Assembly (NCBI RefSeq): GCF_009914755.1 | Contig: NC_060929.1 | Strand: one strand, 5' to 3' | DNA from: the human T2T-CHM13v2.0 reference genome, Homo sapiens | Length of the DNA: 64,000 nt | In this document: positions 12,696 to 24,859 of the stretch, piece after piece | How positions within the stretch are numbered: position 1 is the stretch's first letter | How the letters are laid out: each line of letters begins with the position of its first letter | Notes under the pieces: generated by a model | What the model saw: the letters and a program-made list of their open reading frames with translations, nothing else | Told to the model about the DNA's origin: nothing | Databases searched by the model: none | Program-made: the position numbers and the translations under genes

Positions 12696-13852
12696 GACTG
12701 AACCAAAATTTAGGGTAGCATTTACCTCAACCAAAGAAAATCTTTAATATAAAATGAGGTAGAATATAAAAACAAATATAACTTCATACGTATGTTCATA
12801 TTTTCATGCCATAATGGTAGTTTGGGAGGGATGTTTAGTTCAATATTAATGAGTCTATGATATAAAATAAAGTATAAACATACATAGATAATGTATGAAA
12901 GAATAAAGTTTTAGAATCCCTGGCCTTTGAACTAGTAATATTTTTTATATTTTAAAAGTTTTATAAAAAACAAGAAATGTATGGCTAGGGTATATGTGAC
13001 CCACAATACATAGATTATTTTATCTTTTACAAAAATACAAAAAAAAAACTTTGCCAAACTCTTTTCTCAACATGAAGATAACTTACTCACTGGAAATTAC
13101 TTTTACATTTTTCTTCATCCTTTCATAGATATTTTAGGTATTTGCAAAAATACATGTATATTTATTCACTTTTAATAATAATGTGTTGGATATTATAGTT
13201 GTATTCTGAACAGTACTTTTTAACAACAATATATTTTGCAATATTTCAAATCATTGTATATGAAAGTGACTAATTCTTTATAATAATTTTTTGTATTTCA
13301 ATACATAAATACAATATGATTTTTTAACATTGTTCTTTCTTAAAGGACATTTAGATTGATTTCCATGTTTCGGTGTTTTAAAACAATGCTCTTTAACTAT
13401 CTCTCACAGGTGAGATATTGTAAATACAAACACTTCTGGTACAAGGGTTATGTGCATGTCTAAATTAGACACATATTAGCACACTGCATTTTTAGAGGCT
13501 ATACAAATTTGCACTTCACTGGCAATGAAAAATAATGACTATTTACACTATTTTATGACTAGTGTACTCGTTTTCAGTAATCATCTCCAATCTGTTTGGC
13601 AAAGATAAAAATTCCTTGTTTTTTTTTTTAATTGACAATCCTCAATGAAAATAGTTTAGATTGGTGCTGTTTGTAAAAAGCAGTTCTTCTGGTTTGGATT
13701 TGTTTTGATCATCTACTTCTATAGGAATGTGTCTGATTTAACTTTGTTTCTACCTTTTAAGGTAAGATTTGGTAAATTATGTACTTTTAGAAAACAGATT
13801 TCATTGAGGTGATCTACTTCGTTTCTATAGCATTATCAAACTAATATGTCAT

Positions 13853-14127
13853 GGCCAAGTGTGGTGGCTCATGCCTGCAATCCAAGAACTTTGGAAGGAT
13901 TCTTGAGCCCACGAGTTCAACACCAACCTTGGCATCATAGCAATACACAGTTTCTACAGAAAAATAAGCTGTCATGGTGACCTGTGCCTGGAGTACCAGC
14001 TGAGGTGGGAGGATTGCTTGAGCCCTGGAGGTCGAGGATGCAGTGAGCCATAGTCATGACACTGCAGACCAGCCTGGGCAACGTAGTGGTGCCCTGTCCA
14101 AAATAATAGTAATAATAATAACAATAA
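13853..14127 (+). mobile_element. Degenerate Alu (AluJ-like, internal deletions)
   Basis: GGCCAAGTGTGGTGGCTCATGCCTG start, GAGGATTGCTTGAGCCC motif, (AAT)n tail. Confidence 0.88.
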
Positions 14128-15142
14128 TGTATCACAACCTTTTAAATTTCCTCCTTATTTTGTTTTGTAATCAATTATTACACATTAGCAATATGAATTT
14201 TTCTCAATATGTAAATTTTAATCTATTTTTAATAATCATTATTTGGATTCTTATTCTAATTTCTAATTTATTAACTTATTATTTTTATTTTTATTAGTTA
14301 TGCTGTTTTGTTTTCCTTAGTATTATTGTGTTTTTCTAAAGAATTTAATTGATTGCATGAATCATGTAATTTTCTTCCCAGTTTATTCAGTTAATATTTA
14401 ATAGTGTAACTTTTGCTTTCTTTTGCTAACTTTTGCTGTTTTTTAACCCATTTATATATTTTTACGTGCATAATTTATTTTTATGTTCTCACTTATGATG
14501 GAGTAACTGGCATCTGAATGACCCTCTTGGGAAAATAATTTATAAAATTAGAGAAATTATATTTGAAAACATATTTCAGGGATTATACATCAGTTATCTA
14601 CCTGTGGTCTCTGTGAGAAGGGAAAAATCACAAGATCAACTCCATATTTTCTCTGGCTCTTAGCCTAGGGACTCTTCCTCAACCATATGCAGCAAGCTGA
14701 TTCCAATAAGAGCATGATAGACCTGCTGAAGTAAGGAGACAAAAAAACTTGTGACAACTGAAGCAGCTAGAATGCACAGAATGCAGTGTTGAAGGTGAAA
14801 AGATATGGACAGGAGGCAATCTAGGGGCCCCTGCAACTCTGCAGCTTAGGACCAAACTGAACATGCATGCACAAAGCGAGATTATCCAAGAAATACCAGA
14901 GAATGGCAACTCTGTAGTTGGAAACCGAACAGAAACGCTACAGGTTGGGCAGTATAGGGTTAGACTAGTGCCTAAAAGTATGGGACATGAAAATTTTGGC
15001 TTGCCATAAGATCTCCTTAATATCCATTGCTGACTTTGCAAATAAATTTGCTTTGAGTAAAACAGTGCCATATAAGTAAAATATGCTCTAGATATTAAGC
15101 AAAATGTTTTTAAGTGATCTCGGTTTCAAAGAATAAATCAAA

Positions 15143-15495
15143 ATTAGTCTGTTCTCACACTGCTAATAAAGGCATATCCCAAACTCGGTAATTTATAAAG
15201 GAAAGAGATTTAATGGACTCACAGTTTCACATTGCTAGAGAGGCCTCACAATTATGGCAGAAGTCAAAGGAGAAAGAAAGGCACATCTTACATGGCAGGA
15301 GGCAAGAGAGCTTGTGCAGAGGAACTCTCATTTATAAAACGATCAGGTATAATGAGACTTATTTATTACCCTGAGAATAGTATGGGAGAAACTGCCCCTA
15401 TGATTCAATTATTTCTGCCTGGCCCCACCCTTGACATGTGGGGATTATTACAATTCAATTTGAGATTTGGGTGGGGACACAGCTAAACCATATCA
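15143..15495 (-). mobile_element. THE1 MaLR solo LTR
   Basis: ATTAGTCTGTTCTCACACTGCTAATAAAG...GGGGACACAGCTAAACCATATCA. Confidence 0.9.
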
Positions 15496-16321
15496 ACACT
15501 GAATAATGAAAATACCTCATATCAAAATGTAGGAAATTCGGCTAAAACAGCATTCAAAGAAAAATTTGTAGCTTTAAGTATTTGTAGTAAAAAAAAAAAG
15601 AAGAAAAGTAAAAAAAATCATCTAACAACAGAAAAATTAGAAAAGCAACTTAGTGAATAAGTAAGCAAGTAAATAAGCAGATATAAATAAATGCTAAAAA
15701 TAAAGAAAAAAATGAAAAACAAAACGAACTAAGCCAAAAATAGTCTTTTGAAAAGATGAATAACATTTACAACCAAATATACAGACTGATGGGAGAAATC
15801 AAAAGGAAATGTAAGGGTTACTAAAATTAGGAATTAAAGGGAGAATATCTCTGTAGAGCATTGAAATATTAAAATATTAACTGAGGATAATATAGTTAGC
15901 TTTATATCACTAACTTCAAAAAAAAGCTCAGAATAATTCCTCCTCAATGATACATTAAAACATTTGACAAAATTGAATATATCCATTCATGATAAAAAAC
16001 TCTCACAACAGTAGGTATTGAAGAAAATACCATCAAACTTTTAAAGGCTATCTCAAAAACCGTATGGCAAATATCAACCTTAATAGAGAAAAAGTGAATA
16101 ACTTTTTCCCAAGATCATAAGCTAGCAAAAAATGCTCTCTCTCTTCAAGGATATCCAATCATGCAAGTAGGTTTACTTACTGTACCATACTGTAGAGAAG
16201 GGTCTAGGTAGTCTATTAAAGTTAAAAAGAAATTATACATATTGGAAAATATAAACGTAAAATTTTCTTTATCTCAGATGACATGGCTGTTTTTGTAGAA
16301 ATGAAAAGCAACAATCATAAC

Positions 16322-16675
16322 TGTATTCGTCTGTTCTCATGCTGCAAATAAAAACATACCCAAGACTGGGTAATTTAAAAAGGAAAGAGGTTTAATTGAC
16401 TCACCATTCCACATGAATGGGGAAGCCTCAGAATCATGGTGGAAGCCAAAGGCTCATATTACATGGTGGCAGGCAAGAGAGCATATGCGGGGGAACTTTT
16501 TTTTTATAAACCATCTGATCTCATGAGACTTATTCATATTATGAGAACAGCATGGGAAAAGCCTGCCTCCATGTTTCAATTACCTCCTACCAGGTCCCTC
16601 CCATGACACATGGGGAACATGGGAGCTACAATTCAATGTCAGATTTGGGTGGGGACACAGAGCCAAACCATTTCT
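16322..16675 (-). mobile_element. THE1D/MSTA-type MaLR solo LTR
   Basis: TGTATTCGTCTGTTCTCATGCTGC...GACACAGAGCCAAACCAT; 5-bp TSD ATAAC at 16317-16321 and 16676-16680. Confidence 0.9.
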
Positions 16676-16928
16676 ATAACCAAAACAAGAAAATTGCTAG
16701 AATGACTAAGCAGTTTAATAAAATCACAAGTTACAAACTGAATATAGAGAATCAATTGCATGTTTCTACAGTAGCAGCAAATTATTGGAAAATAAAGTTT
16801 AAAACTGCCATTTACAATAACATTAAAATCAAAATGTTTCAGAACACATTTAATGAAGTATGTATAAACCTCTAAAATGGAAACTGCAAAGTATGTTAAG
16901 GGAAGTAAATAATATCTAAATAAATAGA

Positions 16929-17553
16929 AGTGGCAGCTAGATTCTAGGCTGACCCTCAAGATTCATACCTACTGATATATATGCCCTGTGTAATCCCCAT
17001 CCCATAAATATGGGCAGGATCTGGGAATATGATGGGTTATTACTCCTGTGGGAAGATCATTATATATGGTCACAGGCAAATGTGAAGGACTTTTGTAGAC
17101 GTAAGGTCCCAAATCAGGTGACTTTGACTCATTAAAAAGGAAGATTGGCTTTCCTAGTTTTTTCTGACTTAAACAGTGTAAAGTATTTAAAAGAGAGATT
17201 AGACACTTTCTAAAGAAAGAGATGCTCTCCTTCTGGTCTTTAAAAAGCAAAGAGCCATGCTGTAAACTACCCGTGGATCTGGGAAGCCTCCCAGTACCAA
17301 AGGCCTCAATCCAATCACAACCAGGAACTGAATTTTGCCAACAACTGGAATGATCTGAACAAGTCCCAAGCTCCTCGTGAGAACACCATCTGCCCAACAT
17401 TTTGATCTCAGCCTAGTTAAGACTCTGAGCAGAAGACCCAGATAAGTCATGCTAGGGTTTCTGAATCATAAAAACTGTGAGATAATAAACATATATTGCC
17501 TTAAGGCAGTAAAACTGTGAAAATTTTTATGTATTACAATACAAACTAATAAA
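16929..17553 (+). mobile_element. MLT1 (E/F-like) MaLR LTR
   Basis: Typical MLT1 motifs: gccctgtgtaatcccc, ggaactgaattttgccaacaac, aaactgtgagataataaac. Confidence 0.8.
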
Positions 17554-19050
17554 ATAGAGATGTGTCACATTCACAGAATGAAAGACTTCATATTATTATA
17601 ATTTCCAATTTCCAAAAATCAATATGTAAATTAAGGCAATCCTAATTAAATTTCAAAAGGTTTATTCTAAAAGGTGACAAATTGGACTAAAATATTTTAG
17701 GAAATGCAAAAAGCCTAACATTTCTGAAATCATGTTTGAAAAAGAACATACAAAATTGAGGGATTCACCTTTTCGAAGTTCACAACTTACCATAAATCTA
17801 GAGCAGTTATCATAATATCTCATTCTCACATGAGACATAAATAAATCATTGCATAAATTAATAAATACAGAAATACAATCCCAAAGACACCACTGATTAA
17901 CTTTCAACAGAGGTGCCAAAGTAATTCAATGTACCTTGATACCTTAAAGATAGCAATGTACCTAATTAGGTAGGTGAAGATTGAAGTTTATTTTTCCACA
18001 CAAGTGTCTACCTTTAAACAATGTGGAACAAAGTAGATATTTGTGCGAAAAGATGAACTTTAATCTTCACCTATGGTGATACACAAAAATAATTGAAAAT
18101 TGTAGACATAAATTTTAAAACCACAAATATTAAACACCTACATGACAACATAGGAGAAAAATCTATGCAATCTTGGTAAAGGTAAAAGTTTCTTAAATAG
18201 CATACAAAAAGTATTACCAAAAAGGGCAATTTTGATAAATTGTACTTTATCAAAATAAAACTTTTTGCTCTTCAGAAGATACCATAAAAAATAAAAAAAA
18301 ACATGAATGGATGAGTCATAGTCTAGGAGAAAATATATAACACAGTACTTCCATCTACAATATTCAAAAACCTCCCACAAATTAAGGAGATTAAAAAATC
18401 CTATGTAATGTAAAGCACTTGCATAAACATGTCCCAAAAATAATATGTAACTGGAAAATATTTACCTGAAGAGAACAATGACATTATTGATCACCAAAAC
18501 ACTGCAAACTAACATCCTTGGAATATATCACTTATATTAACTGGTATGCTAAAGTTAAAAGGGTATCAACTGCAACAGTTCATAAGGATGTAGAACACAG
18601 AGCTCTCACACATTCCAGAGAGTGTCAATAGGTAAATTTATTTTTATTTTTCTCTTTGGAAAACTGGCTGACTCTCTCTTTAAAAAGTAAGCCTAAACTT
18701 ATCATATGACACAGGAGTCAAACATCTAGGTATTTTTCCAAGGAAAATGAATATATATGCTCATAAGATCACTTATAAATGAATGTTTGGAGCCCCTTTA
18801 ATCATAATACCAAACACCATATACAGACTCATGTCCTACAGTCCATCCAAAGATAAATGAATAAATAATTTTGGTATAATCCCCCAATAATATGTAACTA
18901 AGAAGAAATGAAACATAGAAATACTGATACCCATGATAATATGGATGAATTTTACAGACATTATGTTGAGAGGAAGAAGCCAGGTATATAAAGGTATTTG
19001 TTGTTTGCTTTCATTTTTATTAAATTCTAGGTAAAATCAATAATTAGGGA

Positions 19051-19317
19051 TCCATCGCCCAAGATGGAGTACACAGGTGCGATCTTGGCTCATTGCAACC
19101 TCCACCTTCTGGGTTCAAGTGATTCTCCTGCCTCAGCCTTCTGAGTAGCTGGGAGTATAGGTCCCCACCACCATGCCTGGCTAATTTTTGTATTTATAGT
19201 AGAGGCGGGGTTTTGCCATGTGGGCCAGGCTGGTCTCGAACTCCTGACCTCAAATGATCGACCCACCTCGGCCTCCCAAAGTGCTGGGATTACAGGCATG
19301 AGCCATTGTGCCCAGCC
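19051..19317 (-). mobile_element. AluS lacking its poly-A end, followed by (CA)n at 19320-19347
   Basis: Antisense Alu body ending GAGCCATTGTGCCCAGCC. Confidence 0.93.
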
Positions 19318-19352
<35 letters not shown>

Positions 19353-20940
19353 TGACTTAATAATATCTGCAGTGGGTTCATTTTTGCTGGCTTTATTTTC
19401 CCTAATTTGTCAATACCTGATTAATTTTTGAACTCATATATAGTTTTAACAACCTGTAAGGCAATCATTTCTCATTTGGACCTTGTGATAAGTAAATCTT
19501 CAAATGCCTTAGGAGTTTATAAGTCAAGACAAATACTGCTACATGCTTCTTGAGTTAGCTATCCTGTTATAATCGCATTCTCAGTTGATTTTTTACACCA
19601 TAGCAGAACTTATAAGGTTCTTCGTCCATGTGAAAGTTTTGCTGCCACAGCTTTAAATTTGTTCAGCTTATACTGAAGTTTTTCAGTTTATTCAATGTTA
19701 AAAAAATATTAGTCATTATGTCAGATTTAAAATTATTTATATTTATGCATTTTAACTAAAATTATCATTTTGTTGAACGAATCAAATATGAAATATTGAA
19801 TTTGCTGCACGTTTACCAAATGAATGTTACTATCATTTGACTCACTGTATTTACAATATGAGATATTTATTTTTTTCTTATAGTAAATGAGTCAGTTTTT
19901 CTTGCTTATATTCTTAAAAACACCTGGAATTTTAAAAGTTATTTTAAAAAGCAGGATCAATATTCATATAATTTCATATACCCATACATAAATTCTTGCT
20001 CATAATAAATGAAATCTTACAGTTGAAAGTAAATTTAAAAATCATCAAATAACAGCTGGTGAAATTGAAACACTGGCTTAATATATAAATCAAACACTTA
20101 TCAGAAAACATTTGCAAACTCAAGGTAGGATAGTGTGAAGGAAATATTTTTTAAAATAGGACTCCATGTGAATTTTAGATAGATTTTTTTTCTAATTATG
20201 TGAAGAATACCACTGGTAGTTTTATAGGAGTAGAATTAAATCTATAAATGAACTAAATCTATAAATCTATAAAATGATGTCTTTTGGCCTAGGAACAGAG
20301 CCCCTCTTAAAGACTTGCTGGAAAAAGCTAGAGTGAAATTCTATTTTGCTCCATCTCTCTTACCTTCTGACATTCTCTCAGTGGCTGAGAGAATCTATCT
20401 TTGTCCTATTTGTTTCTGTCATATAGATCAATACTCTACAACAGAAAGCAGAGTGGAAATTTTAAAAAATACATCAGTTGTCTTAGAGAGGATCATTTTT
20501 CTTAATGACATATAACGTTGCATACAAAATAGCAAAACAAATTATTTTGAGAACACATAAAAAATTTAATTTGTTCTAATTGACTATATGTTAGATCACA
20601 AAATACTTTTAAATTCACAATAAAATCATACATTTACTCATGAATTTACTGATACATCAAATACTTAACAACTCTCCACTCTATACCAAATATGACTTTA
20701 GTCCAAGGGGATGAAACAGGGAGTGAACTCCCTCTGACTACAAAGTTGCTTCTCTTTAGCTTATACCCTGTATGGAGAGACAGAGAGTGAAATAGCTAAT
20801 CTACAGAAGATCACTTAGAGATAGATGTGGGAAAAATTGGAGAGTGTAAAGGGATTTCAAGAGACAGGGTATGATGTGGGGGATCTATGTTTGTTAGATT
20901 GACTAAGGGATGCCTCTCTGATTAGATGGCCCACTAACAG

Positions 20941-21409
20941 TGTATTAATTCCCCAGCCCTGCCATAACAAATTACGACAACTAAGTTGTTTAAATAAACA
21001 GAAATTCATCATCTTCCAGTCCTGGAAGCTAGAAATTAAAAACAGAGGTTTCAGCAGGGTGGTACTCCCTTTGAAACTCTGGGTGGAATGATCTTTTGCC
21101 TCTTCCTAGCTTGCTGGTTTGGGATGTCAGTCCTTGGTTGGAAGATGATACACCAATTCAGTCTTTTACTTTGTTGTCACATCGTGTTCTCTGTGTGTGT
21201 CTCTATCTGCTCTCATAGTATTCCCCTCCTGTGTCCTCACAATATCTTTGTATAAGGAAACCAGTCATATTCGATCAAGAGCCCACCCTGCTCCATTATG
21301 ACTGCATCTTAACTAATTACACCTACAATGACCGTATTTCCTATAAGGTTATATTCTGAGATACTAGGGGCTAGAAATTTGGGGGGTAGCCACAATTCAA
21401 ATCATAACA
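20941..21409 (-). mobile_element. MLT1C-like MaLR LTR
   Basis: tgtatt...gccataacaaattac start; cccaccctgctccattatgactgcatcttaactaattac; acaattcaaatcataaca end. Confidence 0.85.
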
Positions 21410-21834
21410 AACAGTAAGCTTAAGTACAGCAGGAACTGAGCCATGAGAGGTTCTGCAAAAAGAGCATGACAGGTTGATATTATTGCTCCTAATGCAAAAA
21501 CTCACTTGGGGTGTACATGTAGACTTACCACTCATTATAGTTTTCCCAAAATAGTTCTAGTTTATTGCTGTGGTCTCAGTATAAATTTAATAGATATCGT
21601 TTAACAAAAAACTGCAGGCACCCTCATTGGACAAGAAATTACATGTTCTTCCTATGTGTAAAAAACACAAGAAGTTCAGTGTCACTGTAACAGAGTGAGT
21701 ATGGAGGAGATTATTTTACAGAGATGGTGATTCAACCATCTCTGTAAATATGTATATGATTTTGTTTTCCCAGGTAAGGTCTTTGCATATAATTTTGCAT
21801 CTCTTGAGAGGGGTTTTTAGCAAAAAGGTAAAAT

Positions 21835-22560
21835 GATATATTTATTGAATTATAACACATGGAGAAAATCTGCAAAAATCTTACCTATAGCTTAACAAAT
21901 GGTAAAAAATAAAAAGTGAATATATTCAGGTAATCATTACTAAGTAATGGTTAGTAATGAGTAAAGTCAAGAGATAGAGCATTACTAGCAATTTTGAGGT
22001 TTCTCCATCATCCCTTCCTAAATATTTCTCCCCTTCCTCACATAAACACCAAATAATTTATAAATTTTAAACACATGGAACCAAACTGTGGGTATCACTT
22101 TGTGTTTGGATAATTTACAGTCAATATGATTGCTAGATTAATGCATATTGTTATAATTTATGTATTTCACTGTTGATGAGAAATTGTATTGTTTCTAATT
22201 TTCAACTTTTATATGGCAATGTAAATAATCTTGTATATACATTTGGTGTAAATCAGAAGTGAAATTTCTGAGTCATAGGGTATTGGTATGTTTAGCTTTA
22301 ATGAATGCCAATCAGTTTTTTGAAGTGGCTGCATCAATGTATACACTCCATACAGTGTAAAGTAGTTTTGTGGTTTTATATTTTCACAAAAATTAGTATT
22401 GCCATCTGTATTGTTTTATTTCAGATATTCTGATATTTATGAATTGTTATCTTATAATGATCTTAATTTGTATTTGTGTTTTCATAATTATAAGATGTTT
22501 GATTAGTGATGTTTGATTTTGTTTAGTGAACATTTGGCCTGGCTGATTTGGGAACTGTTA
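21835..22560 (-). mobile_element. Old L1ME 3' fragment
   Basis: Antisense L1 3'UTR-like phrases (agaagtgaaatttctgagtcatagggta, cttaatttgtattt); continues after 23690. Confidence 0.55.
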
Positions 22561-22572
22561 CCTCAATGTTTT

Positions 22573-23677
22573 GTTTTGTTTTGTTTGTTTGTTTTTTCAG
22601 TGTAAAGAGGTTGTTTTTAATTGTGTATATGTAACATTAGACAAAACTATTTAAAGTCAATAAATTTTTATTCAGGGAATTCCATGTTGTGATTTCTTCC
22701 ACTGTCCATTAAGGTCACTTTAGATCCTCTAAAGAGCTGGAGTCAAAAGATTTATCTTCATGTTAGCCATTTTTAATGAAATGATGCTTATTTTAATCCA
22801 GTTGTCCTTTTCAGCCCATAATTCTTTTATTTTGGTTTCTGTCATCTCCTTTTGATATGGATATACTGATGAAGACTTCAAAATTTACCAAGAATCTTTG
22901 GGATCTAATTTCTTCAACCAATTTACTTTAGGGTCCTTTTTACTGCTGGTGGTGGATCTGCTTGGTTCTCAATTTGGCAACCTCTCTTAACATGTATGAG
23001 TTCAAATCATATTCATTCCTAAATGATCACACTCAAGAATAGTACAGATGTGTGGAAGATGCCAATCCCTTTAACTCCAGACATCATGTTCTCAAGATAA
23101 AAGCCTTTAAACAAAAAGCCATCATATGTATGGTCAACATGGAACTGGAATGAAAAATTAATACTGCTGAGGATTTCCCTCATATTCCATGCTGTTTAAC
23201 TATCTATTCTACTATCCTAGAATCAATATTTTTTTATTAAGAGACAGGGTCTGTCTTTGTTACCCAGGCTGGAGTACAGTGGTACCATCAATGCTTAGTG
23301 CAGCCTCCAGCTCCTGTGCTCAATCCTTTTGCCTCAACCTCAGCTTCCTGAGTAGCTGCAACTACAGGCACATGTCCCAATACCCAGCTAATTTTTAAAT
23401 TTTTGTGGAGATGAGGTGTTTGTTACTATCTTGCCCAGGCTGGTCTTGAACTCCTGGTTTTAAGCAATACTCCCACTTTGGTGTGGGGATTGCAGGCTTG
23501 AGCCACTGTGCCTGGCCTGGAAACAACCTTTATGGCTGTCAATACTCCCATCAGTTAACTGTCTCAGGTGTCATAATATCCCTTCTTACATGTATCAAAA
23601 CTCATACTGAACAATAAGTTCTGGGTTGCAGAAGAGGATTTATGTTTTGCACCTGTCCGTAAGTCTTTGTCCACAAG
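22573..23677 (-). pseudogene. L1-mediated retrocopy of an unidentified polyadenylated RNA (no clear ORF, internal Alu)
   Basis: Perfect TSD ACCTCAATGTTTT at 22560-22572 and 23678-23690. Decayed poly-A tail appears as (TTTTG)n to 22597. Minus-strand ATTAAA at 22618-22623 sits about 20 nt before the tail. Confidence 0.8.
23229..23517 (-). mobile_element. Old Alu (AluJ-like) inside the retrocopy
   Basis: GAGACAGGGTCT...GAGCCACTGTGCCTGGCC, CpG-depleted and diverged. Confidence 0.9.
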
Positions 23678-23850
23678 ACCTCAATGTTTTTGACTATCAT
23701 TGTAGTGAATACTCTATTATTTAGTTAGTTTCTATTAGTAACTGTTACTGTGTACATGTGAATCCTTTATTGGAAATAATTGTTAGAGTAGCTTTTCCAA
23801 CTCTGTTTCTTGCCCATTAACTTTATGTCCTTTAAAATTTTCCTATTTCA

Positions 23851-24173
<323 letters not shown>

Positions 24174-24254
24174 TCAAAATTTAAATATATTCTCTTCTGC
24201 TATCTTGTAGAGGTCTTATTGTAATTTCCATGTTTACTTCTATCACAGTAAAGG

Positions 24255-24629
24255 GTGTTATAACAAATTATCATAGACTGGGTGGCTTTTATAATAAACA
24301 TTTATTTTTCACAGTTCTGGAAGCTGAAAGTCCAAGATCAGTGCCCCAGCATAATTGAGTTCTGGCGAGGGCCCTCTGTCAGGTTGCAGCCAGCTCACTT
24401 TCTTTCTTTTTCTTTCTTTCTTTTTTTTTTTTTTTTTTAATCCTCACGTCACAGAAAGATGACAGGCTAGCGCTCTGGCCTCTTTTTTTAAGGGCACTAA
24501 TTGCATTCATTAAGGGTCCACCCTTATGGCCTAATTACCACCCAAAGGATCCAGCTCCAAAGAGGATCATATTGAGGATTAGATTTTAATATTGAATTTT
24601 TGGGGATACACAATATTCAGTCTGTAACT
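24255..24629 (-). mobile_element. MLT1A-like MaLR LTR
   Basis: tataacaaattatcatagactgggtggc...cacagttctggaagctgaaagtccaagatc...ggggatacacaatattcagtc. Confidence 0.85.
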
Positions 24630-24859
24630 ATATATATATTATACTGTTTATACTGTAGGATTGTTTATACTGTAAGAGAAAATTTAAGTTTATTTTATTA
24701 TAGACATCAAATAGTCTAGTATACTAAAAGTTTGTAGTTTCAACTGTGTCATAAATCATGTATCTTTTTTTTGTGAAAGTGTGTACTCACTGGTTTATTC
24801 TACTGCTCTGTCTACTATGATACCAATAAAACATCCTCTTTGTGTATTTTTAAAATAAT

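Larger units (their letters stand above)
14480..19040 (+). mobile_element. Old L1M fragments (5' region, ORF2, 3' region) interrupted by MaLR LTRs
   Basis: Sense L1 phrases: aaagaaaaatttgtagctttaagt, tccattcatgataaaaaactctca, ttcaacagaggtgccaaagtaattcaatg, ggatgaattttacagacattatgttgag. Confidence 0.65.

Noticed and set aside
19350-20930. Unique AT-rich stretch, possible exon or enhancer
   Set aside because: No convincing ORF, splice pair or motif cluster; conservation cannot be judged from this sequence alone.
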